A DNA stretch of 32,848 nt, from the NCBI RefSeq assembly GCF_003334315.1, contig NZ_QOWR01000053.1; one strand, written 5' to 3'. The notes beneath the pieces were generated by a model, which was given only the letters and a program-made list of their open reading frames with translations, was not told the DNA's origin and did not search any database. Made by a program: the position numbers and the translations under genes. Below are positions 21,307-32,777 of this stretch, one piece after another; the first letter of the stretch is position 1; the number at the start of each line of letters is the position of its first letter. This DNA is from Escherichia coli (lineage in GTDB: Bacteria > Pseudomonadota > Gammaproteobacteria > Enterobacterales > Enterobacteriaceae).

Positions 21307-23469
21307 TTATTTCGCATCCGACTTATATTCGTATTCGTAATAGCCATAATCCTGATACGCGCTGGCGCGGCGGAAGATGGAGTTCAGAATCACCCCTTTC
21401 ACCGGAATACCGTTTTGCTCAAAGCGGCTCAGACTGGTTTCCACTTCTTTCAATGTGTTGACCGCATAACGCGCCACCATTAACGTGGTTCCAACATGAC
21501 GACCAACAATTGCCGCATCGGTCACTGCCAGAATCGGCGGCGTATCAATCAACACCAGGTCATAGTTTTTACTCGCCCAGTTCACCAGTTCGGCAAAGCG
21601 TTCGCTCATCAACAGTTCAGAAGGATTTGGCGGCACCTGACCGCGCGGGATCAGGTCAAATTTGGCAATAGAGGTCGGTTTAGCTGCGGTAGTAATATCG
21701 CCCTGACCAATCAGAATTTCCGACAGGCCATTGACGTTATTGGTGCCCAACAGCTCATGGGTGTAGCCTTTGCGCATATCGCAGTCGATCAACAACACCC
21801 GTTTATTGGTCTGGCTGATCACTGCCGCCAGGTTGGCGCAGACAAAGGTTTTACCGATTGACGGGCTAACCCCGGTCATCATCAACACATTGTTCTGCGC
21901 CTGCATCATCGCGAAGTGCAGACTGGTACGAAGACTGCGGATGGCTTCAATCGCCAGATCGGTTGGATTCCCCACCGCCAGTAGCTGGCTCTGTTTATAG
22001 CGTTTAACCCCTTTGATGGTTTTGACGCTATCGCGCGCTTTCTGCCACTCCGACAGCGGGATGCTGGCATAGACGCTGATACCGTGTTCTTCCAGCACCT
22101 GTGGGCTTTCGATGCCGCGATTAAACAACGAGCGCAGCAGTACACCCACGATAGAAAGCATCAGGCCGAGGATAATCGCCCCAAGGATAATCAGCCCTTT
22201 CTTCGGTTTCAGTACACCAGGCTGGGTGATTGCCGGGTCAACAATGCGCACATCGCCGACGGTGCTGGCTTCGGTGATTTTCAGCTCCTGCTCTTTATTC
22301 AGCAGTTGCATATAGACCTGCTGACCAGACTCGACATCGCGGGTCAGGCGCACAATCTCCTGCTGGGTTTTCGGCATCGCCGTTACGCGACCGTTAAGTT
22401 TGGCTTTCTCTTCTTCCAGCGCCTGCCGTTTCTCCAGCAGCGTGCGATACGCCGGGTGAACTTTGGTGTACAGCTTGGAGATTTCCGCTTCTTTAAAGGT
22501 CAGTTCGTTCAACTGTGCGTCGATGTTCACCATCGAATCGAGCACCGCTTTCGCTTCCAGCGGCAGATCAACAGAATCTTTATCCTGACGGAAGGCATTC
22601 AGTTTGTTTTCAGCAACATCGAGGCGGCTACGTACTTCCGGTAACTGTTGCGCGAGGAAAGCGAGGCTTTTCGACGCTTCCGCCGATTTGCGCTCAATAT
22701 TTTGTTCCTGATAGTTACGGGCGATGCTGTTAAGAATGTCGCGGATCTGTTCGCGATCTTCACCGGTATAAGTCAGGCTCAGTACGCCTGCGTCTTTGCC
22801 GTTCTCCGTTACCGTCAGGCTGTTTTGCAGTTGGTTGATCATCCCCAGCGTGGAGTATTTGGTGACGGTAAACTCACTGCCCGGGCTGGCGTGAATAGCT
22901 TCAACCATCAGCGTGACGCCTTCTTTTTTCAGCATCTGGCCCGCTTGCCCACGGGCGCTAAAGCCGCCATCACTGCTCAAAGTGTAGTTTTTGTTGTCCA
23001 GCACATTAAGTGTAAACACCTGATCCGCCATCTCTTTCGGGCGGTTAAAGGTGGTCACTTTCACCGTCTCGTTCTGGCGTCCCATCAGGCGATCCCAGCC
23101 CGCACCGAAAATCGGGAACGTGTTTTTGCTCACCGCAATATCGAGGTCGAGATCGTCCACCGTTTTACCAAGCACCAGACGCGAACGAATCAACTGGATC
23201 TCGGCGTCCGATGCAGGCGGTTTGTTGGCTAATGCCGAACCAATGTCCTGCACTAACGAATTGCCGCTGTTTTGCTCGATTTGTACCAGTGCGTCGGCAC
23301 TATAAATCGGCGTAGCGAAGAAGGTGTAAACCACGGCACAGAGGGCGAATACAGCGGTGATGCCAATCACCCACCAGCGCGCTTCAATGATGGTGCCGAC
23401 CAGGCGACCAATATCGATTTCATCACTGCCCGTTACCGGAGCGGCATGTTGTTTTACTTTTTCTGTCAT
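21307..23469 (-). CDS. wzc: Tyrosine autokinase Wzc (polysaccharide co-polymerase, BY-kinase)
   Basis: Translation from MTEKVKQHAAPVTGSDEIDIGRLVG; contains Walker A (GVSPSIGKT) and a C-terminal tyrosine-rich tail (YQDYGYYEYEY); ATG at 23467-23469. Confidence 0.93.
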   Translation of the reverse strand: MTEKVKQHAAPVTGSDEIDIGRLVGTIIEARWWVIGITAVFALCAVVYTFFATPIYSADALVQIEQNSGNSLVQDIGSALANKPPASDAEIQLIRSRLVLGKTVDDLDLDIAVSKNTFPIFGAGWDRLMGRQNETVKVTTFNRPKEMADQVFTLNVLDNKNYTLSSDGGFSARGQAGQMLKKEGVTLMVEAIHASPGSEFTVTKYSTLGMINQLQNSLTVTENGKDAGVLSLTYTGEDREQIRDILNSIARNYQEQNIERKSAEASKSLAFLAQQLPEVRSRLDVAENKLNAFRQDKDSVDLPLEAKAVLDSMVNIDAQLNELTFKEAEISKLYTKVHPAYRTLLEKRQALEEEKAKLNGRVTAMPKTQQEIVRLTRDVESGQQVYMQLLNKEQELKITEASTVGDVRIVDPAITQPGVLKPKKGLIILGAIILGLMLSIVGVLLRSLFNRGIESPQVLEEHGISVYASIPLSEWQKARDSVKTIKGVKRYKQSQLLAVGNPTDLAIEAIRSLRTSLHFAMMQAQNNVLMMTGVSPSIGKTFVCANLAAVISQTNKRVLLIDCDMRKGYTHELLGTNNVNGLSEILIGQGDITTAAKPTSIAKFDLIPRGQVPPNPSELLMSERFAELVNWASKNYDLVLIDTPPILAVTDAAIVGRHVGTTLMVARYAVNTLKEVETSLSRFEQNGIPVKGVILNSIFRRASAYQDYGYYEYEYKSDAK

Positions 23470-23471
23470 TC

Positions 23472-23915
23472 TTATACCTGCTCTGCGTTCAATGCCTGCG
23501 CCCACTGGCGGGCAGACCGTTCAAGTAATGTGTACACCGCTGCAAACGTTTCCCGGCTTTTGCGATACGGATCGGGGATTTCACATTCGTTATCCCAGTG
23601 ACCAAACAGCATCACTTTGCCGCGCATCTCCGGTGCCATCTCGCATAAGCGTTCGATATGGCGCTTTTCCATGGTCAAAATCAGGTCGTAGTTGCGACAC
23701 AGGCGGCGGCTGATTTGACGGGCACAGTGACCTTCCAGAGACAGTTGATGTTCTGCGGCGACGCTGATAGCAGTAGGGTCAGCGCCCTTACCGACCAGCG
23801 CGCCGAGTCCAGCGGACTCCACTTTCAGCTCCGGGTGATAACGTTGCAGTAAGCGTTCCGCCGTCGGGGAACGGCAAATATTGCCGACACAGACAACTAA
23901 GATGTTGTTAAACAT
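23472..23915 (-). CDS. wzb: Low-molecular-weight protein-tyrosine phosphatase Wzb
   Basis: 147 aa, MFNNILVVCVGNICRSPTAERLL (CX5R P-loop phosphatase motif). Confidence 0.95.
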   Translation of the reverse strand: MFNNILVVCVGNICRSPTAERLLQRYHPELKVESAGLGALVGKGADPTAISVAAEHQLSLEGHCARQISRRLCRNYDLILTMEKRHIERLCEMAPEMRGKVMLFGHWDNECEIPDPYRKSRETFAAVYTLLERSARQWAQALNAEQV

Positions 23916-23920
23916 GACGA

Positions 23921-25060
23921 TTACCAGTTATGAATGTCGCTGGCTGTATCCGTCATGTAACGGACACCGCTAATAGTTGGCAGCAACTGATTGATCAGAC
24001 GGTTCCAGCGGGAAACCGGGGCGGTGGTGACATACACCACGTCATAAGGTTGCAGGCGGAATTCTGTCGCCATCACCAGCGACGTGGCATCGGACATATC
24101 CAGCTGGTAGATATTGGCAATCTTGCCGTTACGCCCGCCCTCGCCTTTCAGCGGACGAATGACAAAGATGCCGCTGGCGTTGGAGGTGGTCATGTCGATG
24201 CCTTCAGCATTGCCCAGGGCTTCGGTCAGGGTCATGCCGCTAAAGTCCATTTTCAGGGTGCTCTGTTTCTTCACTTCACCCATCACAAATACTTTCAGAT
24301 CATCATTACGCGGCACGTAGAGAATATCGCCGGGATAAAGCAGTCGGTTCTGATTGAGGTCGCCGTTTTGCATCAGCGCCTGCAAAGAAATGCGTTCTTC
24401 ACGACCATTGTGTGTTAGCACCACGTTGCGCCAGTCAGCGGTGTCGGTCAGGCCACCTGCGGCGTTGATGGCGTCGAGAATGGTCAGTGGTACGTTGGTG
24501 ATCGCCTGTTGGCCGGATTTATTCACCTGTCCGGAGATATAGGCCTTTTGTGAGCGGAAGGCGGCGATATTAACGTCCACCTGCGGGTCAGCGATGTACG
24601 TCGCTAAGCGCCCGGTAATATCACTGCGGATTTCAGCGAGCGTTTTCCCCACCACGTGAACCTTGCCGATATACGGGTAAAACATAGTGCCGTCAGGCTG
24701 TACCCAGTTGCCGGTGTCGCTGGAGCTGCGGTACTGACCGGCTGGCGTGGTGAGTTCCGGGTGATCCCAGACGGTGACATTAAGAACGTCCCCCGGCCCG
24801 ACGCGATACTGGTAATTCGCGATCTCGCTTTCCAGCGTCATATTGGGGCGCGCTACGTTGGGTCGTGGACGTAATTGATCAATCAGGCGCGGGGTCAACG
24901 GATAAACATTCACCATTTTGTCGAGATCGAAATCAGCGTCCTGCTGTTTGATGACGTCTTTGCCCATCGTCGACATATTGCTGCCCGGAAGTACTGTGCA
25001 ACCGCTTATCAAGGTTACTGACACCAATAATGGCATCAATTTCATTTTGGATTTCATCAT
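23921..25060 (-). CDS. wza: Outer-membrane polysaccharide export lipoprotein Wza
   Basis: 379 aa, lipoprotein signal [21 protein letters not shown]; polysaccharide export (Wza) family; first gene of the colanic acid operon. Confidence 0.95.
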   Translation of the reverse strand: MMKSKMKLMPLLVSVTLISGCTVLPGSNMSTMGKDVIKQQDADFDLDKMVNVYPLTPRLIDQLRPRPNVARPNMTLESEIANYQYRVGPGDVLNVTVWDHPELTTPAGQYRSSSDTGNWVQPDGTMFYPYIGKVHVVGKTLAEIRSDITGRLATYIADPQVDVNIAAFRSQKAYISGQVNKSGQQAITNVPLTILDAINAAGGLTDTADWRNVVLTHNGREERISLQALMQNGDLNQNRLLYPGDILYVPRNDDLKVFVMGEVKKQSTLKMDFSGMTLTEALGNAEGIDMTTSNASGIFVIRPLKGEGGRNGKIANIYQLDMSDATSLVMATEFRLQPYDVVYVTTAPVSRWNRLINQLLPTISGVRYMTDTASDIHNW

Positions 25061-25238
25061 TGTTTATTTATCACTTTGGCAGAGTAATTATCCTGTGCAC
25101 TATTAATAGCAATGTCGCCATGCACATTTACCTTGCAGTTAATTGAATAAAAATTTAACTGGCATCAGTCCTAAAAAAATTGATTTCATCCGCAGGCTAT
25201 TGACAGAATAATTCAGACTGGTCTTTCAGGCATCCAGA

Positions 25239-25277
25239 CACGCTACCGCCCCTGGCTTTTTAGCTACCAATACACTG
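25239..25277 (-). promoter_or_regulatory. JUMPstart/ops element in the wza 5' leader (RfaH-dependent antitermination site for the colanic acid operon)
   Basis: cacgctaccgcccctggctttttagctaccaatacactg is near-identical to the element at 873-911 and contains the reverse complement of ops GGCGGTAGCGTG at 25239-25250. Confidence 0.85.
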
Positions 25278-25464
25278 ATTTAGCTTAATTTTTCACACCC
25301 TCTCAGCATACAGTCGTTGATGAGAAAGGGTTATTGCGGAAATTAACTTCCGAATATAAGGTGACATTATGGTAATTGAATATTAGCTCTCCAATAATGT
25401 AGGAGGAAGTGTTACAGCTAACGGAATAGCAGGCAAGGTAACAATTCGGCGATTGGCTATTTTT

Positions 25465-25478
25465 AAGAATTATATTAA
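25465..25478. promoter_or_regulatory. Candidate RcsAB box upstream of the wza promoter
   Basis: taagaattatatta resembles the RcsAB box consensus as I recall it (TaAGaatatTCctA) and lies about 400 bp upstream of the wza start, upstream of the JUMPstart. The match is partial and no matrix scan was done. Confidence 0.35.
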
Positions 25479-25718
25479 GTGTCATTCAATATGGTTTTTA
25501 GGAGTTTCTTTAGGTTGACAATATTTAATATTGCGTCTCAACATGCGATATTTCTTAAATAATGTTTTATCATTACCACTTTTAATTCAGGGATAATGTG
25601 AGGTTATTATCCTCAAATAATATGAGATAAATAGTGCTGCAACATTGCATTTTTGCCCCGATTTATCCATGATCGAATTGTGACATTTGTCATACAACGA
25701 ATAGGTTTTGTACTTACT

Positions 25719-27302
25719 ATGGAATGGATTGCCGATCCGTCTATCTGGGCCGGGTTAATCACGCTGATTGTGATCGAACTGGTCCTCGGCATTGATAACC
25801 TGGTCTTTATTGCCATCCTCGCCGAAAAACTACCGCCGAAGCAGCGCGACCGCGCACGGGTTACCGGGCTGTTGCTGGCGATGTTAATGCGCCTGTTACT
25901 GCTGGCGTCAATCTCCTGGCTGGTCACCCTGACTCAACCGCTATTCAGCTTTCGCTCGTTTACCTTTAGCGCCCGCGACTTAATCATGCTGTTTGGTGGT
26001 TTCTTCTTGTTGTTCAAAGCCACGATGGAGCTGAACGAACGGCTGGAAGGGAAAGACAGCAATAACCCCACGCAACGCAAAGGTGCGAAGTTCTGGGGGG
26101 TGGTGACACAAATTGTGGTACTGGACGCCATCTTCTCACTCGACTCGGTGATTACCGCCGTCGGGATGGTCGACCATTTACTGGTCATGATGGCCGCCGT
26201 GGTTATCGCTATTAGCCTGATGTTGATGGCCAGCAAGCCGTTAACGCAATTTGTTAACAGTCACCCGACCATCGTTATTCTCTGCTTAAGCTTCCTGTTG
26301 ATGATTGGCTTTAGCCTGGTGGCAGAAGGTTTCGGCTTCGTCATTCCGAAAGGCTACCTGTACGCTGCCATTGGTTTCTCGGTGATGATCGAGGCGCTCA
26401 ATCAGTTGGCTATCTTTAACCGGAGACGTTTTCTTTCCGCTAACCAGACGCTGCGCCAGCGGACTACCGAAGCGGTAATGCGCCTGCTTAGCGGGCAAAA
26501 AGAAGATGCGGAACTGGACGCCGAAACCGCGTCCATGCTGGTGGATCATGGTAACCAGCAGATCTTTAATCCGCAGGAACGGCGGATGATTGAGCGGGTA
26601 CTTAATCTTAACCAGCGTACCGTCAGCAGCATTATGACGTCGCGCCACGATATTGAGCATATCGATCTCAACGCGCCGGAAGAAGAAATCCGCCAGTTGC
26701 TGGAGCGAAATCAGCATACGCGGCTGGTGGTTACCGACGGTGATGACGCAGAAGATTTGCTCGGTGTTGTTCACGTTATCGACCTGCTACAACAGTCTCT
26801 GCGCGGCGAACCGCTCAACCTGCGGGTGTTGATTCGCCAGCCGCTGGTGTTCCCGGAAACCTTGCCGTTGTTACCTGCCCTGGAGCAGTTCCGTAATGCC
26901 CGCACGCACTTTGCTTTTGTGGTGGATGAGTTTGGCTCGGTGGAAGGGATTGTGACATTAAGTGACGTCACTGAAACCATTGCCGGTAACTTACCGAACG
27001 AAGTGGAAGAGATCGACGCCCGCCATGATATTCAGAAGAATGCGGACGGTTCCTGGACGGCGAATGGTCATATGCCGCTGGAGGATCTGGTGCAATATGT
27101 GCCGCTGCCGCTGGATGAAAAACGTGAATATCACACCATTGCCGGGCTGTTGATGGAGTATTTGCAGCGTATTCCAAAACCTGGCGAAGAAGTTCAGGTG
27201 GGGGATTATTTGCTTAAAACGTTGCAGGTAGAAAGCCATCGCGTGCAGAAGGTGCAGATTATACCGCTGCGTAAGGATGGCGAGATGGAGTACGAGGTGT
27301 GA
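25719..27302 (+). CDS. yegH: Inner membrane protein YegH (TerC-family membrane domain with CBS pair and CorC/HlyC C-terminal domain)
   Basis: Translation from [39 protein letters not shown] (TerC-like) followed by CBS-type and transporter-associated regions; ATG at 25719. Confidence 0.9.
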   Translation: MEWIADPSIWAGLITLIVIELVLGIDNLVFIAILAEKLPPKQRDRARVTGLLLAMLMRLLLLASISWLVTLTQPLFSFRSFTFSARDLIMLFGGFFLLFKATMELNERLEGKDSNNPTQRKGAKFWGVVTQIVVLDAIFSLDSVITAVGMVDHLLVMMAAVVIAISLMLMASKPLTQFVNSHPTIVILCLSFLLMIGFSLVAEGFGFVIPKGYLYAAIGFSVMIEALNQLAIFNRRRFLSANQTLRQRTTEAVMRLLSGQKEDAELDAETASMLVDHGNQQIFNPQERRMIERVLNLNQRTVSSIMTSRHDIEHIDLNAPEEEIRQLLERNQHTRLVVTDGDDAEDLLGVVHVIDLLQQSLRGEPLNLRVLIRQPLVFPETLPLLPALEQFRNARTHFAFVVDEFGSVEGIVTLSDVTETIAGNLPNEVEEIDARHDIQKNADGSWTANGHMPLEDLVQYVPLPLDEKREYHTIAGLLMEYLQRIPKPGEEVQVGDYLLKTLQVESHRVQKVQIIPLRKDGEMEYEV

Positions 27303-27350
27303 TGGCATGTAGGCCTGATAAGACGCGTAAAGCGTCGCATCAGGCGTTTC
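27303..27350. repeat. REP element immediately downstream of yegH
   Basis: gtaggcctgataagacgcgtaaagcgtcgcatcaggcg is a REP palindrome. Confidence 0.8.
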
Positions 27351-27438
27351 GTTCAACCGGGAGAGTATGTGACATTGAAGGCTGTTCCGTTCACTTTATG
27401 TTCCTCGCTACTATGGAACGCTCAAGTCGGTGAACGTG

Positions 27439-27467
27439 CCAGGGTGGCTCAATCGCCACCACCCTGG
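27439..27467. other. Perfect 9-bp stem with 11-nt loop hairpin in the yegH-asmA convergent intergenic region
   Basis: ccagggtgg (27439-27447) and ccaccctgg (27459-27467) are exact reverse complements; a further palindrome gcccacatccatgtgggc lies nearby. Confidence 0.5.
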
Positions 27468-27699
27468 CAACCCGGGCTCCCGGCGGTAAATCGCCGCTAG
27501 CGCGGTTCCCTCATCTTATTCCTTTCGGCTATCGGGTACGGGCGCGAGGTAACATCCCTGTAAAACGCGCCCTCAGCCCACATCCATGTGGGCTGCCCCG
27601 GCCTACAGGAAACGATTCGGCGATTTACAGCCGGACCAACCCCCTCGCGGAAATATCTTGCTTTTACTGATGATTCATCTTTGCTGAAAGTAATCTACG

Positions 27700-27752
27700 T
27701 GATTGCCTGATGCGACGCTTTACGCGTCTTATCAGGCCTACAGGACTGGTCA
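27700..27752. repeat. REP element downstream of asmA (convergent terminator region)
   Basis: gcctgatgcgacgctttacgcgtcttatcaggcctaca is a REP palindrome. Confidence 0.8.
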
Positions 27753-27761
27753 CCTGGTAAC

Positions 27762-29615
27762 CTACATCTTCTCCAGCAACTTCTTCACATCTTTGCCATT
27801 GCGGGAATCTTTATTCCGCTCGGCCCAGTCATTCAGACGACGTTTCGCTTCGTCCTGTAGATGTTTGCGCAGTAACTGATCCACTTGCAGACTGTAATTG
27901 AGTTGCTGCCAGTTGCCATAAACCCGCAGCGGTACTGGCGTTTCTTTAAGGAAATCAATCAGTTTGCTTTCCCCGTTCCAGCCACCCACGACCCGAATAT
28001 CAAACTGGGTGTCGCAGGTTTGATCTGCCAGATTCAACATGCCTTCCCCTGTCAGCGCCAGCACAGGCGATTGACCTTGCATGTCGTTTAACGTCACGAC
28101 GCCATCCTTCAACGTCAAATCGGTGGTAAAGCGGTCAAGACGCGTTACGTTATCGAAGTTTTCAGCGGCCTTCACATCACCACCATTACGTTCTACCGCT
28201 TGCTGAATCATCTGCTGGAAGTTCATCCCTTCCATGCGCGTCTCGGCCATTTCGACATGTGCCTGTCCTTGCCAGTTATGGCGGAATGCGTCAGCATCTA
28301 TGTCAGCACCGGAGAAATCACCAGCCAGTGACATCTTTCCGGTCAACGAAATCGGATAGTTAAACGCCTTCAGTATGGTACCAATCTCAACGTTTTCCAG
28401 CCGTGGCTGGAAGTTTATCCGCGGATTTATTGATGTCGCGTCCAGCGTGCCCGGCAGTGAAACCTGTCCACCGTTAAGCTTGCCCTGCAGTTGAGTAATT
28501 TCCAGCAAACCCGACTTGTTGGTCATTTGCGTGGCAACATCTGTAAAATTCATTCCGCGCCAGCGCACGTTACTGGCCTGCAACAAAATATCAGCCGTAA
28601 AGCCTTGCAGTCCCTGATAGGCCGGTTCATCAATACGCGAAGAAATGACCGGGCGCGGCAACGTTGATTGGCTCTGCCCCTGCTGCGCGGCACCGTTTTC
28701 ACCGTTCGCTGTTTCATTAAGCGGGATGAGGTTGTCAAGATTCAGCTGCGGGAATTGCAGTCTCAGCTGCCATTCCGGTTGCTCTGTCAGCGTGACCTGT
28801 GCTTGCCCGCTCAGCGTACTGTCATTGGCGGTCAAACTAATTTGGTTAAATGAAAGGCGTTTATGTGACTCCTGCCATTGGGCCTGGAAACTCCCTTGCC
28901 CTTGAATACCTTGTTTTGGTAAATCGGCACCCTGCAACTGCCAGTTAATTTGTTCAATAGCCGCCGTTAAATCATGCGGATAATCAGAAGCATCCACCGT
29001 ACCGTTAAGGGATATTGTGAGATCGCGCTGATCGCGATTAACCCGCCCGGAGAACTCAAATGAGCCACGATGTTGGGGATCTTGTTCCATTTGCAGGCGG
29101 ATATTGCGGATTGTCACCTGCTCGTCATCTTCATGCTGGAACACCAGCACGCTGTCCGCCACCTTAAGACTGGATATATCAAACGACCATCCGCGATCGT
29201 CTGACAGATCCGGCAAGGTATTGTCGCGCGGTGCAACCGGAGCGTCTTCACTGCGCACCGCTTCCGTCTGCGGCGTCAGTTGGATCACTGCCCCTTTTAG
29301 CATCACCTGCTTAACGCTCAGTTGATGACTCAGTAGTGGTAAAAGCGCCACGTCCAGGCGCATGTTGTCGGCGCGAACCAGTGGCTGGGTCGCGCCCTGG
29401 GCGGTGAGAGACATTCGCCCGGAGAGGATACTAAGTTGCGGCCAGACGTGCCAACGCAGTGGCCCGTCGAGCTGCAATTGATAACCGCTACGTGCAGCAA
29501 CTTGCTTGACCATATAGTCGCGGAAATCATTCGGATTCACCAGCAACACTAACGCAGATAACCCGGCCACCAGCACGACCAGGAGTATCATCAGCGTCGT
29601 CAGAAATCGTCTCAT
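27762..29615 (-). CDS. asmA: Outer membrane assembly protein AsmA
   Basis: 617 aa, MRRFLTTLMILLVVLVAGLSALVLLVNPNDFRDYMVKQVAARSGYQLQLDGPLRWHVWPQLS, the AsmA N-terminal anchor and family. Confidence 0.93.
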   Translation of the reverse strand: MRRFLTTLMILLVVLVAGLSALVLLVNPNDFRDYMVKQVAARSGYQLQLDGPLRWHVWPQLSILSGRMSLTAQGATQPLVRADNMRLDVALLPLLSHQLSVKQVMLKGAVIQLTPQTEAVRSEDAPVAPRDNTLPDLSDDRGWSFDISSLKVADSVLVFQHEDDEQVTIRNIRLQMEQDPQHRGSFEFSGRVNRDQRDLTISLNGTVDASDYPHDLTAAIEQINWQLQGADLPKQGIQGQGSFQAQWQESHKRLSFNQISLTANDSTLSGQAQVTLTEQPEWQLRLQFPQLNLDNLIPLNETANGENGAAQQGQSQSTLPRPVISSRIDEPAYQGLQGFTADILLQASNVRWRGMNFTDVATQMTNKSGLLEITQLQGKLNGGQVSLPGTLDATSINPRINFQPRLENVEIGTILKAFNYPISLTGKMSLAGDFSGADIDADAFRHNWQGQAHVEMAETRMEGMNFQQMIQQAVERNGGDVKAAENFDNVTRLDRFTTDLTLKDGVVTLNDMQGQSPVLALTGEGMLNLADQTCDTQFDIRVVGGWNGESKLIDFLKETPVPLRVYGNWQQLNYSLQVDQLLRKHLQDEAKRRLNDWAERNKDSRNGKDVKKLLEKM

Positions 29616-29636
29616 GGTATCCTCAATGGGCCTGAA

Positions 29637-30218
29637 TTAGTCTTTATCGATTCGGCTGGCTACCGCGCCCTGCTGGTTGCGATACTTCGCATCTTCACGG
29701 CGGTTGTAAGGTCGCGCCGCCGGGCCGGAAAGCGGCTCAAAGCTCAGCGCACCAATTAACATGCCCGGACGCAGCGCCAGCGGCAGCTTACCGGAGTTGT
29801 AGAACTCCAGCACAATGCAGCCAGACCAGCCCGGATCGATGCGGTGCGCGGTGACGTGCACCATCAGCCCCAGACGCGCCAAAGAGGAACGCCCGTCCAG
29901 CCAGCCCACCAGATCGGCTGGCAGCGTCACCGACTCCAGCGTCACCGCCAGCGCCAGCTCTCCAGGGTGAAGATAGAACGCCTCGCCCTCGTCGAGAACG
30001 ATCTCATCGCTCATCACGCGGTCAAGCGCGGCGCTCACTTCATCTTTGGGACCGCTCAGATCGATAAACGCTGCCGTGTGACCACGGAAGGTACGAAATT
30101 TATTGCCCAGGCGTACATCCACCGTCGCGCCGTTAATACGCTCCACTGGCGGACGTGGGTTGATCGACAAACGGCCTTCATCAAGCCAAGCTTCAATATC
30201 TCGGTCACACAGACGCAT
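29637..30218 (-). CDS. dcd: dCTP deaminase Dcd
   Basis: 193 aa, [38 protein letters not shown], a highly conserved Dcd sequence. Confidence 0.95.
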
Positions 30219-30309
30219 GGCATTTTCTCCTTTCGCGCATCACTCCCTTAACGCCAGTTACGTCAAGGGCATACCAGGTTATCACTGAACGGTACACAAT
30301 TTATCAAGC

Positions 30310-30951
30310 TTATTCAAAGAACTGACTTATTTTCGCTTTCAATATATCGATCGCGATGCGGTTTTTCCCGCCGCGCGGCACGATAATGTCCGCATATTGT
30401 TTAGAAGGCTCAATGAATTGCAGGAACATCGGGCGCACGGTTTTTTGATATTGCGCCATCACGGAATCCATTGAACGCCCACGCTCGTTAACGTCACGCT
30501 TGATGCGGCGCATCAGGCAGATATCCAGCGGGGTATCAACGAAAATGGAGAAGTTAAGTTCGTCACGCAAACGCGCATCCGTCAGCAACAAAATGCCTTC
30601 GAGAATGATGACCTTCTTCGGCTCAACCGTCACCGTTTCTTTCATACGCGTATGTTCAACATAGCTGTAAACCGGCAGGTCAATTGCCGAGCCGCGTTTC
30701 AACGCTTGTAAATGCTCAAGCAACAGGCTGTGATCCATCGCGCTGGGATGGTCGTAGTTGGTCTTAACGCGTTCTTCCATCGACAGATGGCTTTGATCTT
30801 TGTAATAGCAGTCTTCGGGAATTACGCCGATGTGTTCATCACCGACTTGCTCACGTAATTCACGATAAAGGGTACTGGCAATAAGACTCTTGCCGGAAGC
30901 CGATGCGCCAGCGATACCGATAATGACGCACTGATGAGACTGATCAGTCAT
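30310..30951 (-). CDS. udk: Uridine/cytidine kinase Udk
   Basis: Translation from [37 protein letters not shown] (Walker A); ATG at 30949-30951 chosen over the upstream start in the ORF track. Confidence 0.93.
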
Positions 30952-31268
30952 ATATTTAGCGACCTGATTAACCTGGATGTTAGGAAGGGGGCGACGAAGC
31001 GCCAAACGCGGCAATTATAGGGATTTCATCCGTCTGATACCAGTCGAATAGCGTTGCCGCGCGCTCAGAGTTAATTGTTGACAAAGAATTCCCGGTGGCA
31101 AATTACGTTGATCAGTTTTATGTAAGGTAAAAAATGTTATACGCAGTTGCGCAAATTATCCGCCTTTACGTCACTTTATGAGCAATTCGCATATAAAATG
31201 TAAAACTTTTGTACTAGCATAAACACAGAAACGAATACTGGCGACCTGGTCTTGCGGATAAAGCGGTA

Positions 31269-32777
31269 ATGAGCAAACAATCACAGCATGTATTAATTGC
31301 CCTGCCCCACCCGCTGCTTCACCTGGTCAGTTTAGGTTTAGTCTCGTTTATCTTTACCCTTTTCTCGCTTGAGCTTTCGCAGTTTGGCACCCAACTCGCC
31401 CCACTGTGGTTCCCGACGTCCATCATGATGGTGGCGTTTTATCGCCATGCCGGGCGCATGTGGCCGGGAATTGCGCTGAGCTGTTCGCTGGGAAATATCG
31501 CCGCATCCATCCTGCTTTTTTCCACCAGCTCGCTGAACATGACCTGGACGACCATCAATATTGTTGAAGCCGTGGTCGGGGCAGTGCTGCTACGTAAATT
31601 GCTGCCGTGGTATAACCCCTTGCAAAATCTGGCTGACTGGCTGCGTCTGGCACTCGGCAGCGCCATTGTTCCGCCTCTGTTGGGGGGTGTTCTGGTTGTC
31701 CTGCTGACGCCCGGAGACGATCCTCTCAGGGCATTTTTGATATGGGTACTGTCAGAATCCATCGGCGCTCTGGCACTGGTGCCGCTGGGATTGTTATTTA
31801 AACCACACTATCTGCTGCGCCATCGCAACCCACGGTTGCTTTTTGAGTCGCTGCTCACGTTAGCCATCACACTGACGTTAAGCTGGCTTTCGATGCTGTA
31901 TCTGCCGTGGCCTTTTACTTTCATTATTGTGCTGTTGATGTGGAGCGCCGTGCGTCTGCCACGAATGGAAGCCTTTTTGATCTTCCTTACCACGGTGATG
32001 ATGGTGTCGCTGATGATGGCCGCGGATCCCTCCCTGCTTGCTACGCCGCGTACGTACCTGATGAGCCATATGCCGTGGCTACCGTTTTTGCTGATCCTGC
32101 TGCCCGCCAACATCATGACCATGGTGATGTATGCCTTTCGTGCGGAACGCAAACACATTTCCGAAAGCGAAACCCACTTTCAGAACGCGATGGAATATTC
32201 CGCTATCGGTATGGCGTTAGTGGGCACCGAGGGACAATGGCTGCAAACCAACAAAGCGCTCTGCCAGTTTCTCGGGTACAGTCAGGAAGAGCTGCGCGGA
32301 CTCACCTTTCAGCAACTGACCTGGCCGGAGGATCTCAATAAAGATCTCCAACAGGTTGAAAAGCTGATAAGCGGTGAAATAAACACCTATTCAATGGAAA
32401 AACGCTACTACAACCGCAATGGCGATGTTGTCTGGGCGTTGCTTGCCGTCTCACTGGTGCGCCACACGGATGGCACGCCGCTCTATTTTATCGCTCAGAT
32501 TGAAGACATTAACGAGCTAAAACGCACCGAACAGGTCAATCAGCAACTGATGGAGCGCATCACTCTGGCTAACGAAGCGGGCGGGATTGGCATCTGGGAG
32601 TGGGAGTTGAAGCCGAATATTTTTAGCTGGGATAAGCGGATGTTCGAGCTGTATGAAATTCCTCCACATATCAAACCGAACTGGCAGGTGTGGTACGAGT
32701 GCGTGCTGCCGGAAGATCGCCAGCATGCCGAAAAAGTGATTCGTGATTCGTTGCAATCACGCTCGCCCTTTAGGTAA
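31269..32777 (+). pseudogene. dgcE: dgcE (yegE) diguanylate cyclase gene truncated after codon 502 by IS1 insertion; retains the N-terminal MASE1 membrane region and part of the PAS region, lacks the GGDEF and EAL domains
   Basis: The N-terminus MSKQSQHVLIALPHPLLHLVSLGLVSFIFTLFSLELSQFGTQLAPLWFPTSIMMVAFYRH... is recognisably DgcE. The frame ends ...LQSRSPFR followed by a TAA at 32775-32777 that lies inside the IS1 left inverted repeat starting at 32773. The full-length protein is about 1105 aa. Confidence 0.85.

Noticed and set aside
25303-25927. Minus-strand ORFs of 60 and 104 aa in the wza-yegH intergenic region
   Set aside because: They sit in the AT-rich regulatory leader and over the yegH start on the opposite strand, with no recognisable protein features; most likely spurious.
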